Shown here piece by piece: positions 1 through 13,879 of a stretch of DNA of 64,000 bases. A program made the position numbers and the translations under genes. Origin of the DNA: Paragordius varius (lineage: Eukaryota > Animalia > Nematomorpha); the NCBI GenBank assembly GCA_964247055.1, contig OZ176051.1, forward strand, positions 5,270,001 through 5,334,000, written 5' to 3'. Within the stretch, counting starts at the first letter, position 1; the number at the start of each line of letters is the position of its first letter. Below the pieces are notes generated by a model, which was not told the origin of the DNA, ran no database searches, and saw only the letters and a program-made list of their open reading frames with translations.

Positions 1-1031
1 ATGGTTGTTTCCCGTTTTTTGTAGCTTAGCGCTTTTTTATCAAATGTACTTGCTTGATTATTAGTTTTATTGTTTGAAGTGATATTATCCTTTACAGGAC
101 TTTGCGGTGTATCATCGGGAGCAATTTTGACATGAAAAGCTTGTGTATTATGCATACCATTCTGACGGAGGGCAGAAACAGTTATCGTATTCTTTGCGTT
201 CTTTTTACCAAAAGTTGTAGAAGAACGTTGTTTTTCAAGGTTTTTATTAACATCTACATCAATAACTTTAATAGGTGCGGGTGGTGTTGCAGAGGTAGAT
301 TTAGTTGATCTGATATCTATTAATCGTTTCCTGTGATTTCTAAGGTAAGTACCTATAATGAGGTATATGCAAAGCATAGCTGTTATGTTACCTAACTCCC
401 ACACAATATGTAATGTGAATACGGGTGTTTGAAATCGATGATAATTGACAAAGCATCCCAACAAGATACCCGTTAATTCAACACGTCCTACCTCGACATG
501 AACTATACGAACGACAAAACAAAGAATCCAAAGACAAGCTATGAGGATGCAAAAAATGCGGGGAGTTAAAAGTTTTTTGATCCAACCCTTAACCCTTTGG
601 GATTTTATAGGGTCACATACTATGTAGTATCGATCCAGTGCCAAAAGAAACAAGTGGAAAGAATGACTGATGAAAAATATTTCATTCAAATATCCAAACC
701 CATAACAAAGCTTGGGATACGCTTTAAACAGATTCAAGTAAGGGGTGTTTGGGTTCGGAGATCTCCATAACACTGCTAACATAATGTTAAGAAGGTACAA
801 CAGGCATCCTAAAAAATCGCAAATCGTCAAGCTAAGTATGAGTAAGTATTGAGAATTACAACGGAATTTACGATATTTCAGTATGACGACAATCAATACA
901 AAATTTATGATGGAGCCTATGACATATGAAACCGTGAATATGGCCAATAATATGGGTGTTAGATGGGGTGTAGTTCGTATCAAATAAAATGGATCGGATG
1001 ATCCTTGAATTTTTTCCAACGTAGTATTCAT
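1..1031 (-). CDS. Class A (rhodopsin-like) GPCR, TM1-TM5 plus long ICL3; 3' part lies beyond the left edge of the window
   Basis: Manual translation of the minus strand from ATG at 1031 is open for 343 codons to base 1. It shows an N-terminal sequon (MNTT), TM1 GSIINFVLIVVI, TM2 LSLTICDFL, TM3 Cys exactly 25 residues before R of LALDRYYIVCDP, TM4 ACLWIL, an ECL2 Cys (LLGCFV), TM5 ending MLCIYLII, a ~110-aa Ser/Thr/Lys/Asn-rich ICL3, and KKRE at the edge (start of TM6). Absent from the ORF track because the stop codon is outside the window. Confidence 0.9.
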   Translation of the reverse strand, partial: MNTTLEKIQGSSDPFYLIRTTPHLTPILLAIFTVSYVIGSIINFVLIVVILKYRKFRCNSQYLLILSLTICDFLGCLLYLLNIMLAVLWRSPNPNTPYLNLFKAYPKLCYGFGYLNEIFFISHSFHLFLLALDRYYIVCDPIKSQRVKGWIKKLLTPRIFCILIACLWILCFVVRIVHVEVGRVELTGILLGCFVNYHRFQTPVFTLHIVWELGNITAMLCIYLIIGTYLRNHRKRLIDIRSTKSTSATPPAPIKVIDVDVNKNLEKQRSSTTFGKKNAKNTITVSALRQNGMHNTQAFHVKIAPDDTPQSPVKDNITSNNKTNNQASTFDKKALSYKKRETT

Positions 1032-3348
1032 AAAAATTAATAATTACGTAAATCACTAAATATATCCTTCAAAATTTTATGATGAAATTTTAAATACAAA
1101 TTAATTTAAAACGGAGCTTTGCTCCAAATTCTTTATGTAAATATAGAATCTGTAAAATGTGCCAAAATTAGGAGTGTACCCTTGGATAATATTAATTAAA
1201 AAATGATGGATTTTCAAATTTTTATTTTTAAAATAAATAAATTTTTTACATGGATCGATATGATAATTTAATTTTTGGATATTTATGTAAATGATGAATA
1301 TTTTATAAAATCTATTAAAAGGTTTTGTTACTTTACATTATTTATTTTGTACATTTATTTATTCATGTTATTTTTACAATAATTCTAGAAATTGTCAAAA
1401 TTCATATAAATATCCTAACAAAAGATAAAAATAATTGTATTACACTTTATTTACATACCATGTTACATATATTATAACATAAAAGAATTCTATCACAGTA
1501 ATTAGTTAGTTATAAGCGCCAAAAACAATTTATTTAAAATTGTTTTTTTTTTCAAAAATAAAATTATAAAACAGAAGGTAATTTTTACAATTTCAATAAC
1601 GGAGCTATTATTGGCCATTTTTGTTTTCAAATTGGCTAAAAAGTGATTTATTTTATATGACTTTCGAAAGTACGATTTCCTATTTTATTATTTACATATT
1701 CAATTCAAATTGTAGGGAACAAATATAAAATGGCACCTCTCCATAATAAATTATCATGTTGGCGATACGAATAAATGTAAAACAATAGACATGTACATTA
1801 AATCCCTTTTAGACCAATTAAAATACTAAGATGGTCAATAATAAATCTCGGTATATCTCATCATTTTTGACATAGTTGTTGTTAATTCCATAAATTTGGA
1901 AAAATTTTATCTGGATGAAATATTTTAAAAGAAAAAAAACCATTTGTATCAATTATGTTTCCTGTCCAAATTGTACATGTATATTTCATAACAGAGCGGT
2001 CATAATATACGAATTTCCTAAAAGTTGTGCTTACATTTGTACTATATTTAATCCTATAGCTATACAACTTTAATTCATTTTAAGTGTTGTTTTTGATAGC
2101 ACAGGGGATTTTTTACAATATAATCTGATGGCTAAAATGTATAGGTTTTTTTTAATTATACAAGGGGATCATTTGTTTTTAAATTTAATATGGGATGGAC
2201 AAGTTCGGCATGAAATCTGTTAATTTTAGTGAGCCTTGATTCTAAGATGTGTCAGAAACAAAATATTTACCAGATAAGGTCCACAATTTTGAAGCAAATA
2301 TTATTCCAATACCGTTAAAAGACATGTTTAGTCAATTAAACACATCTTCAATCGTATTTATATTATTAAAAATAAGATATTTCCTTAATAATTGGCGTAA
2401 TTATATAATAAAAAACAATTTCCTATCGTTTATATTTAAAAAAATTGGTTTTTTTATTTATTTTATAAAGTAGCGACCAAAAAAAGCAGTTAATGTACAC
2501 GGAATTTCATTCGCTTTTTTGTGGAATCGTATAAGTACAAAAAATGATACCAAAAAATTAACCTAGAATCGAAATTACTTTAACAAAAGTTGGAACCAAT
2601 TGGAACAATTGGGTTAAAAACCATTTTTTCCCATAAATACTGGGCGAAAACTCTGACTTTGCTTTTTTGATGTAGGTGTAGTAAAGCATGTCACAAATGA
2701 AATCATATTCAAAAAAATGTCCACCATAATAGGTTGGCATGTGGAATCAAATAAAAACGAAATACAATATTAAAATGACATGATATGCAAAATGAATAAT
2801 ATTATTTTTCAAATTCATTTCAAACTAAAGAATGAGAAGAGAGATATTAAGACTTTAATAAATTTGTAGCTATTGTTATTTCTTCCCTAAAAAACCTGTC
2901 CTGAAGTTTTAACTGCTAATTATTAATTTTTGCAAATTCTTTAAAATCACAAACGTAGAGGTATTATGTTAATTAAATACTTAATTATCATAATTTGAGA
3001 AAAATGCATATAAAAGTGTTTTATAAAACACACGCATAAACATATATACATATAATTCAAGGGCTGAAATAGAACCAGAACCGAATTTTTTAATGGGTAA
3101 GAACCATGGCTCCTGACCTTTCCTTGTTTTTGAGCACAAAATTTCTAAATTTTATTTGGAAGAGTGGTTCCGGATCCATGCTGCAAATATATAGGGGCAC
3201 ATATATGAGCCCAATGAACCGAATGAAGTGGCTTCCATATTTTGCCTCCTATTTTTTGTATCGTAAGGTTTAGAATTTTCTTAAAAAATATGGTGGCTTA
3301 AAACTTTCTCTCACATATTTTGAGTTATAAGATATTCATTATTAAAAT

Positions 3349-3533
3349 GGGTGGTACTTAAACCGCGACCCACAGGCCGCATGTAAAAGTTCTTTTTTAT
3401 AGCCTTAAATTATTTTTAATTTTTTTAATATACTTCTTTTGCGTAAATCTGCAAAAATATCAAACAGCTATAAATTTTTATCGGTATTATATGGTGCGTG
3501 CGTGGCCCTTAAATTTTTTGGTGAGTACCACTG
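3349..3533. mobile_element. hAT (Buster/SPIN-like) MITE, internal deletion derivative of the family at 44601 and 62627
   Basis: The left end gtggtacttaaaccgcg matches 44601 cagtggtactcaaaccgcg. The right end ggtgagtaccactg is the inverse of the family TIR. Flanks attaaaat/attcaagt resemble a decayed 8-bp TSD. Confidence 0.65.
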
Positions 3534-5217
3534 ATTCAAGTCATTCGGCTCATCCGAAGCCCTAATGGTCGTTTACATGGGTCATAATATTACGAAGTAT
3601 ATAGGAAATGTGGAAAAACTAAAAACGTTTGCTAAGTTTTCGTATAATAATATTAATGTGCTAATATTACCCCTCAAAAACCACGCCTTTATATACCGAT
3701 AATATACATCTATGGTCAGTGGATTTTGACCTAATTAATACTATAATAGTTTAGAGTAAACCATTTCAGGTATAACAGAAAATATGAAATTGTGGGTCAT
3801 TATTCAAAAATAAATTGTTTCAAAAATGTCGAAATTAACGGAAAAAACAGAGGTCTTTATTCATTACGAAAGCCCCAACTTCCTAAAAACGATTCTTTAT
3901 CTATTGTCCTATTTATTAATAATTCTGCTGCTCAGATTGGATTGGAATAATATTAATTTAAAATTATTATTTAATCACCAAACTTAAAATTTTTTAATAT
4001 AAAAAAATTATCAATTCCGTAATTTACCACATTATAGATGTTTAGTTTTTTTATTTATTTATATTATAAAATAAATTAATAAACATATCAATCCCCTAAC
4101 AAGCACATAACTAATTTGCGATTACTAATGGCCGCTTTATAGATTTTTAATAATTTTTATTTTACATTAAAAGATAAATAATTGATAAACCACATAAAAA
4201 TTTATTGCGCTCGATACTCGATTACGATCACTAATGGTGTATGTTTTTTAATATATTAATCTAAATTTTAATCTATAAGGTAATTATATAAATTTGATAA
4301 TATATGGCTATTTATATTTCATTATTACTACTTACGCAGGCAGCGCCATTTTAAAAGCACAATTTTAATATAGAGTTAAATAAATATTCTGATGAAATTC
4401 CGATAAAAAAGTGAATTGCTATTTGTATAGTTTTAATGCCAATTAAGTATAATTTAAAAAAATAAATCGATGCACAACAATTTCTGTCGGGTTTTTTTAA
4501 ATTTCATGACAATTATATAATATACTTATAATTAATTAAAAACGAAATCTCAAAAATATAATATTTTATCCCTTTTATTGGTTTATATGGCTTTTTATTT
4601 GTTAACACTTTATAGCCTTTTCATATTTTGTTGACGATTACATTTTGGACTAGTTTTAAGCTTAAACTTGTAAATCAACTGCTGTTTTGAAAATTGGTTA
4701 GGTTAATTTTAATTGTCAAAATTCTTCGAAGATTATATTTCAACAGATTTTTTACTTCTGGAACAGAAGTGTTTATCATCCCCCAGCGACTCTTCCTTTG
4801 TCCCGTGAAAAAGTTTTTTTAAGACATATTTTTATAACCTAAATAAATAGATATTTAAAATATTTTTTTATATTTTTTTCACACATTCATTTTCTTTTCT
4901 TTGTGGATAAATTATTATTTACTATGTAAATAATTTTAAAAATTTTATATACAAACAATGGCAATTTAATAACCCCATTGATTGCGCGTAACAATGTTAT
5001 ATAAATTATTTGTCTTTGAGAAATTACAGTATAAATAAGTATACATTCTAGAAAGTTATTAATTATCGCCAAATAGCATATACAACAAAGGGCAGTATTA
5101 GTAGCTTATTTTTATGAGCCAATAATAATTCTCTTTATTGCATAATTCTATTTGGAAATAATTAATAACTTTCTAGCAATATATACTTAGACATACTGTA
5201 TATGCATAGATTAAACG

Positions 5218-7468
5218 CAGTGTGCACAAAAAATATAATAATGCATCCGGATTCTTATGATTTTTTGGTTTTGGGCCTTACGAGTCTTATACTATAAATA
5301 TATACACTTTTGTGGGTAAACTATATTTTAAAAGAAAAACAATATCTTTATAAAATTATTATTTGATGTGGGATCCAAAAGTCTCAAAATTTTGGCCCCC
5401 TAAATTAGCTGGTTTATTTATAAACGCAAAAAAGCCGAATTTTAGTGATAATAGGTGATAATATCTGCTACGTTATGCCTCCAAAATCGGAGGGTGTATA
5501 AAAAATAAGCTGATAATATATATATTCTGATGGGAAAATGTATCAGGATTATCATGGTGCTTTAGTGATTTGAGAAAATTATTTATACTTTTATGGTAAG
5601 TGCTCCATATCAGAAAATGGCAAAATTTGCGCACATTTATTTATATAAAATTTAATTGGTGAAAACTAGAGGCTTCATTCCAAAAAACCACTAAAATATA
5701 TAAACTGCATATAAAAAGCTACACAATATTTTCAAAAAACATATTTTTTCGATGTGTCCGAAAGTCCTAAATATTTTCGCTCTTCTAAAATTAGTTCTCT
5801 AAAAACGCAAAAATGCCGATGGCCGATAGAAATTTAATATATGTTAAATTTTGATATTACTAATTTTTTGATGAATAAATGCATACTTTTTGAAGCTTGT
5901 TTACTATTTTGAGTCATGATGGAAACGTTTTAACCCTTTAAGATATTGTTAAAACACCTTTTCTAAATAATTCGATGATATTGAACATATCTATTGCTTA
6001 ATTTAAATGTTGAATTGTCAAGATATTTTGGTGAATTTAGAAATATCTAGCACACTTGAATTTTTCATAATGTCTTAAAGCGTTTTTATACCGTTTCCAT
6101 TATGCCTAAAAATAGTTTGATGCACGCTTGATCAAAATTTTGTTAAAAATTAAATTTGAAACATGTATGCATTTTTGTTAAAATATATTTGTTAAATTTA
6201 GCATATAAAATTTTTACCGCGTAATTCCGACATTTTTGCGTTTATTTTAATAGGACCTACCTATTTTGGAAGAGAAAAAATATTTGGGACTTTCGGAGCC
6301 CACATCTAAAATTATATTTTTTGAAAATATCGTTTTGCTTTTTATACGTAGTTATTGATATATTTTAGTGATATTTGAAATGATGCCTCAGCTTTTACCA
6401 AAAATATTTTATTTAAAAAAGGTGAGGAAATTTTGAAATTATTCTCATATGGACCACTCACAAGTGTAAATAACTTTCTTAAATTGCTCGTAAGGGCCAA
6501 TACCAAAAGCACCTTGACAATCTGAACATTTTCTTATCAGAACATTATTTTTTCCTGTATGACGACAAAAACTTTTTAATAAAACGCATACTTTGCATTA
6601 AAATTATTTTCGTCAAATTTTCGTGAAGTGCACCTCATGGTATCATAATGGAAACGGTATTAAAACGCTTTAAATTAAAACACTTTTCTACTTAAATCGA
6701 GGATGCTGAACATTGCTACTCCATCAGAATTTTTTTAATTCGTTTGCTTCCAAATTTGGGTGATTTTTCTAAAAAACAATTTATTTTTAACATAAATTTA
6801 AAAAAAAGCAAATTTTTTAATTAAAATTCTGAGGTTGTAAAAATGTTCATTATCGATTTGTTTAAAAAAAGGTTTTATAATAACATAAGATGTTTTTAGA
6901 CCCTTTCCAACCTGATTAAAAAAGACCCACTTCAAAAATTTTTTGCAAAAAATAAAATTATAAGCAAAATATGTATTTTTTCATAAATAACTTTTTAGAT
7001 GTCATAATCTAGCATAACTTAAATATTGTTTTCGCGCAATCTGATTTTTGCGTTTATTCAAAAAAACTAGCCCATTTAAAAATGTCCAAAAATTTGTAAC
7101 TTTTGGAACCTACATCTAAAAATTAATTTTTAGATATAAAGTGTTTTGCAATTTTTAATATAGTTTATTTGTAATATTTTTAAAACGCACATAATATATT
7201 TTATTTAGCATCATGTGCGCAAATTTTGGTTTTTTTGATATGGAACAATTATCATAATAATGTAAATAAGATTCCAAAACAACTTGTAAAGCAAAAGCAT
7301 TGTATATTAAACATTTTTCTATCAAATAGCGCTAATTTTGCGTTTTTTGATATGCTGCGTTATCATAGTCGAATTTAATTAAATAACTTTCACAACCGAA
7401 ATCAAATTCGCCATAAGAATCTTGGAATTTTTTTCGATCAGAATATATGAAAAATTTTCACTGTAACT
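5218..7468. repeat. Degenerate non-autonomous DNA element with internal inverted repeats; related fragments at ~22010-22600 and ~35000-35600
   Basis: 5370-5440 is inverted against 7030-7120, and 5700-5820 against 6230-6350. Ends are cagtg.../...cactgta. Shared motifs gatgtgggt..aaagtc and aagtgtaaata..ttcttaaat recur at 22.3 kb and 35.05 kb. Confidence 0.5.
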
Positions 7469-9403
7469 AGTGTTAATATACCATTTACAATTCAACACCC
7501 TTAAAATTCGAATTCACCCTCGACAAATTCACCCTTAAAATATATTGTGTTTCGTAATATATTATTAATAAGAAAAAATTGTTATGGTATAGTTTATTAT
7601 TTTTTCAGATTATTTTAATTTTAACCAAATTCCATTTTTTAAAAATATATAATATTTAGGTAATAATTAATCTTATATAACACATAATTTATTTTAGAGT
7701 GATGAAGTGTAAATGGTATATTTATATATTAAATAAATGCCAGAATTATTAACAAATACTTATTACTAAAATTATTAACTTAAGGGGCTAATACTCGCCA
7801 AAAAATGTTGACGGGCCGAACAACTATTTTTTGGATCAAGAGCTTGAATTATGTAATAATACCGAAAAATATTGGTTTTAACTGTTTAACACCAATGCAG
7901 TATTTTACTCTATACGCTACACCGATATCTGCTAGGTAGCATATAAATCGCAACTAAAAGGCCCCATGCCCATTTATAAAAAATAAGGATATTTTGTTAA
8001 AAAATAAGTGATTAACAAATCTGTTGTAATATCAGTAAGGTCATGCTAAATATTTACTTTTGAATACGACTCGCATATTTATGCTGAGGGGAAAAATAGT
8101 TAGGATAGTTGGAGGACATTTTATTATATTTTTATATTTATTTGGCCTATCTTGCTAAAACTATATATACCTTTTTTCTTTGCGAGTTTCTTTAAACACA
8201 TTTCCTAAATTTGAATCATTGTTGAATCGGTGAATTTTCAACAAATGCAGATGATCAAAACCAAACCTGAAGTTCTTTCATAAATTAATACTTTATAATA
8301 GGTAAAAATAGAATACCAAAAAAAATAATATCAAAACCGTATACTTTTAATATTTAAATATCCAATAGGCATTTTTAATAAATCATTCAATTTAGGTCAT
8401 GAAAAGCACTAGGGCTAGATGCGGCCAATTGATTTAACGCATAGATTAAAAATATTTCATTACCTTTTAAGGTAAAAAAAATAACAGTAATTATATTGGG
8501 CTAAATAAAAATATATGCCTTTTCTAGTCTTTTAAGCGCAAGTTTTAAAAAATATTTTTTTTAAAAAGTAAAATTGTTATTAAATATCAATTCAAACTTT
8601 TTCGTCGCCATTTCTCAATAACTTTTTAACATTTCCTTATCTTTTCACTTTTTTATCTAGTTAACATATTGGGGTAGTTATATCCAGAGCTCAATTTTGT
8701 AAAGAAACTGCAGTTTTGAGTTTAGTTAAAATTTAATTATCAAACATTGTTCTCATGTATTAGATAAAAACTTATATTTTTTACATTATGGCCTCTAGAG
8801 TCTAAAATTGTGCTCCAAAACACGATTGAACTGAACAGCTGATATTAAGATTATCAATGCTGGAATGTAGCCTGAAAGATTTTTAAATTCAATTTACATT
8901 TTATAACCATACATTTATTTGCCTGTTGCATTAGCGATTTAAAATTCATAGAAAAAATGGCGACAAAAAAGTTTGAGATGAGGATTATTTTACAATCCTA
9001 CATATTTTAAAAAAAAATTTATAATGCGCCCACTAACATATGTTATTTGGCTAATTAACATAAATATTTTTTAAATATTCAAATTAGCGCTCTGGGATAT
9101 AAAACACCCCAAAAGGTAACGGAGTATTAATTCGCAACAACATGCAAATAAATGTATATTATGGTCTAAATTATTATATATAAAACTTTAGAAAGCTTTA
9201 AATTACCTACCAGCTATATTTATTGTTAATTTCAGCTGTTTGGTTCAATCGTGTTTTGAGCTACAATGGCGTAGCTAAAATTCCAAAATAAATGTTGTGT
9301 ATTTTTTTTCCATATTTAGTATGCCGTGCTTTTTTATTTTCCTTTTTTGTTATCATTATAACCATTTTGCTGCTCAATTGCAACTTTGCTCTTTTCTACT
9401 AGA

Positions 9404-9404
9404 A

Positions 9405-9440
<36 letters not shown>
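9404..9440. repeat. (TA)n microsatellite
   Basis: Uninterrupted TA run seen directly. Confidence 0.95.
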
Positions 9441-9442
<2 letters not shown>

Positions 9443-9957
9443 GAAAAGTGGTGGCATCGTTTTTAAAGTAATGGGGTAGAATGTGCATGTTTTTTTCACT
9501 AACCTTAGATATGGGTCTATTAAAATCTATCTTAAATTGAAGCAATACTCTTAGTTATAACGCAATACTTGAAGTTGTTTTCCACCAACAAAACCGTTGG
9601 CATTATATAAGCATTTATTAACGTTTGGAAAAACAACAAGAAACTTTTGTAGACAGTAGCGGGTCTGTTTCACCCTTTTGTTGACACACCTTGATAAGCG
9701 AAGTGGAAAAACGGTTGCTTATGCCACTTTATTATACACTGCTCTTAATTAATTGAAAAAGCTTTGTTAAATAGTGTTTTTTATGTACTGATATTTTTTA
9801 TGTTTAGGCATTAAGAATTTTGTAACAATTTGTTTTTGATCATATGTATAACTTTGTATGTCTTTAATGCCAATTTTTATCAGGTACAAAAGTTTTAAAA
9901 TTTTAGATTTTTGATAATACAAGTAATGCAAAAAGATCCAGGCTGATATTTTTAATT

Positions 9958-11601
9958 ATGAATACAATTCTTATTAGCTATGACTGGTCCTTGTATGGTG
10001 AAAACAGTGGCTTTAGTTTATTGAAACACGAACTTTTAGATACCACTATACTTGATGATCAATTAAATTTTTATAGTAACAATATCATTAGTGTTTCTGA
10101 AGATGTTAACCGTGATAATGGTGGAAAAGATTTTTCTAAAAAAATTACAAAACATCCTCAATTACCAGGGTCTTATATTTCCAAAAACGAAAACAAATAT
10201 GATAAAAAGAATTATATGATTGCCAAAAAAATTGTTAACAATTGTTTAAGGCATTTGCGCTCATCCAAACGTAATCTATTACAGCTCAATCATAGAAAAT
10301 CACATATATTTTATATGAAACCGGTAAATTTTTCAAGAAAGCTTGCTTCAATTACACCATATAATCCCAAATATTTTTTGGACACTCAAACATCAAACAC
10401 CAAAAAATCTTACAAGCTTAAACGATTCAATAAATTAATACGTCTTCCCATATTTGACCATCAACATCTCAATAAAAACAAATTTACTATTAGCAATGCA
10501 AAATCACCCTTACCCTTCATCAAACCAAGGTATAATTTACATTTTACCAAAAGTCTAAATGTAAACACAATCGTAAATAACACTCACAAACTAAATTACA
10601 TTGCTTTTACCAGGAACGGGAAATCATGTAAAAATTATTTGGCATTAAATGATAAAAAACCATCTCTTGCAATTAATGATGTTGATATTGAAAGCCAAAA
10701 ATTAATACGAAAACAAAGGCAGTGTAATAATGATGGACAATATAAATTAATCGATAATATTTGTTGCTTTAGCGAACAAGGCAAGCTAAAGAGTTGCCAA
10801 ATAATTTCTGAAACGCAAAAAAATCTTTATAACAACCATGATATTATTGATAGCGATGATGAAACAACACAAGAGAGCAATAAAATTAATTTACATACAA
10901 GTAACGTTAACAATAATGGTACCACACCACACTATTTGGCCAATGGTCATGAAACGCCACCTTGTTTTTTGGTCCCTGGCCAAAACAATAAGACAAAGTT
11001 GCCTCAAATGTTGCTGTTAAAAAATGGCAATCGCATTACACGACCGTGCCAACAACAAGACGAATCAATTATTGCGTTCGCTCGGCATAAAACTCGGCAC
11101 ACTCCAACGGCATCATGCAACAAAATTATTCAAGGTAGGAAAAGGGGAAGGTTTAAACTCAATATATCCATCAAAGATTGTGAAGAAGATCGCAACGAAG
11201 CAAGTCGTAAAGAAAGCACTCCAAGTCCTACATTAGTTACTCCTGATTCAAATATAATTTCTCTTCATGCTACACCGCAACTCCAAGAAGGTGACAATAC
11301 CTTTATTGCACATAATTTGGCTCTTAATTCACCCCTAGCTGAAAATTTTTTAGCATCAAATGTTACAGTTGCTAAACATTCCAACACTGAGAAATCCGTT
11401 ATCCATAAAGAAGAAACTATCAACAACGTTTTGTCTGTCGGTTCTTCTTATTTACCACCCTTAGCTGAAGTTCGTATAAATGATTTCCCGGTTTATACAT
11501 TAGTCCTTGATCTGGATGAAACATTGGTACATTGTGCTCTTACACCAATCTCTGATGCTCATATGCAATTTCCAGTCCATTTTCAGGGAATCGATTATCA
11601 G
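9958..11601 (+). CDS. CTDSPL2: CTDSPL2/SCP4-like CTD small phosphatase, coding exon 1 of 5; model join(9958..11601,12816..12958,13044..13170,13733..13828,14188..14244), 688 aa
   Basis: Long Asn/Lys-rich N-terminus, then YTLVLDLDETLVHC (HAD motif DxDxT of FCP/SCP phosphatases) and FPVHFQGIDYQ, ending at cag|gt (phase 0). The last 35 aa of the ORF track entry are intron read-through. Confidence 0.92.
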
Positions 11602-12815
11602 GTTTTTTCTCGTTTCTATATTTGTATATATGCATTTATATCAATGATCCCTAGAATAATATGCATATATACTGTCGATTTTGCGCTAAATTTCAATAAC
11701 TGTAAATAAATTTTAAGTTTTTTTCTATAGTGTATATAAGTATGTAAATCAGTTAAATATGTAATCGTAATTGTTTTTGCATTCATAAGTTTTTGTTGTG
11801 TTAACTGATAATCCCCCTCTTTCTTTGTTCATCTTCTTATCCACCTATAAAACGCATAAATTCTTATACATATACATTTTTATTGTTTGGAAAATTAATT
11901 ATTTTTTGATTAACTTATTTTATTTGCAAGTAGTTTTTTTCCATAAAGTTTGGTTAATTAAAATACATGTTATAACTTTAATTCTCTGCTATGAAAAAAA
12001 AACGTTGCGAGGGGAGGGATTTTTCTTGAAACTGCGCAAAAATTTAATTTAACTCAAAAGGGAATTAATTATACATTTTTAAATATTATCTTCTTGTAAA
12101 CGTTTGCTGTTTTTTAGTTAACTGTAATTTTATTTTTGCTATTACAAAAATAGTAATGTTGTTTGTTTGTTTTGTCTTGGTATCATTTTGACAACTTAAC
12201 TTTTTTAAATACCTTTCTTTCCATATGAAGAGGAGAGATTATAATGTGAAAAGAAAAATGATTAATTATATAATATAGAAAAATATGTATAAATAAATTA
12301 AAATCTATAAATTAGCATTGAATGATTTAGATAAAAAAATTACATAACCAAAGATGACTTGCTTTATATATATTAGTTGTTTTGCGATTCGGATAATATA
12401 TATATACCTTTTCTGCACATTTATATCGTTATTAACTTTTTCCTCTTTATTTATAACACAATAAATATTTTTTGAGGGAATAACTCGAAAATTTATTGCA
12501 ACTAAAAAAATTAATTCAACATTTGAATATATCGTAATATCAGTGAAGAGGGGAATTTATTTATTTTAGTAAATACAGGTGTCATGGATAGAGGTTTATT
12601 AATATATATTATCAAAATAAAATCATTTGATTTTAATTTATTTAAATTAAAAACAACAATATTTCAATTGATTTTACACAATGAGGTAGTTATTTTAAAA
12701 TAGAATTTTAATAGTTTATTTTGAAAGTGTAATTAAATATAAGTTAAAAAGATCTGATAATGTTAACCGGCTTTTCAGTTAATTATAGCATGACTAAAAT
12801 TTTGTTGATGTTTAG

Positions 12816-12958
12816 GTTTATGTCAAATTACGACCATACTTTCACGAATTCCTTGAGACAGTTTCCCAATTATATGAAGTCATCTTGTTTACGGCTTCGA
12901 AGCGAATTTACGCAGAAAAATTGTTGGATTTATTAGATCCTGAACGCAAATTGATTAA
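12816..12958 (+). CDS. CTDSPL2: CTDSPL2 exon 2
   Basis: tttag|[47 protein letters not shown]|gtaat; contains the FTAS motif of the NIF/FCP1 domain; 143 nt, ends phase 2. Confidence 0.95.
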
Positions 12959-13043
12959 GTAATGATTTTATTAATATAAGACCCCTTTTTGTAAATTTTA
13001 TAAATAGTTTATTTTTATACTCAATTAATTATGTATTTGATAG

Positions 13044-13170
13044 ACATCGATTATTTCGTGAACATTGCGTAAGCGTACAGGGTAATTACATCAAAGATTT
13101 AAGCATGTTGGGACGTGATCTCAGTAAAACTGTGCTCATTGATAACTCACCTATTGCTTTTATTTGTCAG
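13044..13170 (+). CDS. CTDSPL2: CTDSPL2 exon 3
   Basis: tag|(K)[42 protein letters not shown]|gtatt; carries the KDL and IDNSP motifs. Confidence 0.95.
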
Positions 13171-13340
13171 GTATTTTTTACAGTTACAATTCTCTCTAAA
13201 AGTTTTGGAAGCACATTTTTTGCAAAATTAAAGCTACTTAGTGTAAACAATGCGCAATATATTAATTTATATTTTTCCAGCCATCTTTATAACTTTTTTA
13301 AATCGGAAAATATTATTTTTTAATAAAAAATCAGACTATA

Positions 13341-13342
<2 letters not shown>

Positions 13343-13371
<29 letters not shown>
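13343..13371. repeat. (TA)n microsatellite in CTDSPL2 intron 3
   Basis: TA run seen directly. Confidence 0.9.
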
Positions 13372-13376
<5 letters not shown>

Positions 13377-13732
13377 CAAATATATCATTTTTTTTAAAAA
13401 CTTAATTACCTAATATTTAAAAACAAACACGTTTCAAAAATAGAGCTTTTCAGATAACATTACATTCTTGATCGTTATTAAAACGTATTTTCTGAAAACA
13501 ATCTTACTATACTTGTTAAAAAGTGTAAAAAAATATAACGTTTAATCCAAAATTTAATTTTTCAATACATCAAAACAATATTTTATAAATGTGATTTTAG
13601 CGCACCTTAATAATATAATATTTGGTTTTTTGAGGTATCTACTTAATATCAAATAAAGTGAATACGCGGTTATTTTTATCACACATATCATAGATATATA
13701 GATTATCAAAAGATATTAATATATATGTTTAG

Positions 13733-13828
13733 CCTGACAATGGCATTTTAATTGAATCTTGGTTCGATGATGAAAATGATTGTGAGCTTCTCAAGCTTAT
13801 ACCTATTTTACGATCAGTCGCCAAAAAA
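13733..13828 (+). CDS. CTDSPL2: CTDSPL2 exon 4
   Basis: tttag|[32 protein letters not shown]|gtatt; 96 nt, phase 0 at both ends. Confidence 0.93.
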
Positions 13829-13879
13829 GTATTATTGTTTTATTTTTTGTTTTTATAAATATATAGATTTTACATATTA

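Noticed and set aside
102-1056. ORFs 102-308(+) and 868-1056(-), and the perfect-looking donor aag|gtaagt at ~344
   Set aside because: They are antisense or off-frame shadows of the GPCR coding sequence.
9884-9906. Possible 23-nt GT-AG micro-intron before CTDSPL2
   Set aside because: Other introns in the window are 77 nt or longer; no independent support.
10838-12052. ORFs 10838-11020, 11024-11236 and 11798-12052
   Set aside because: Off-frame within CTDSPL2 exon 1, or low-complexity intron sequence.
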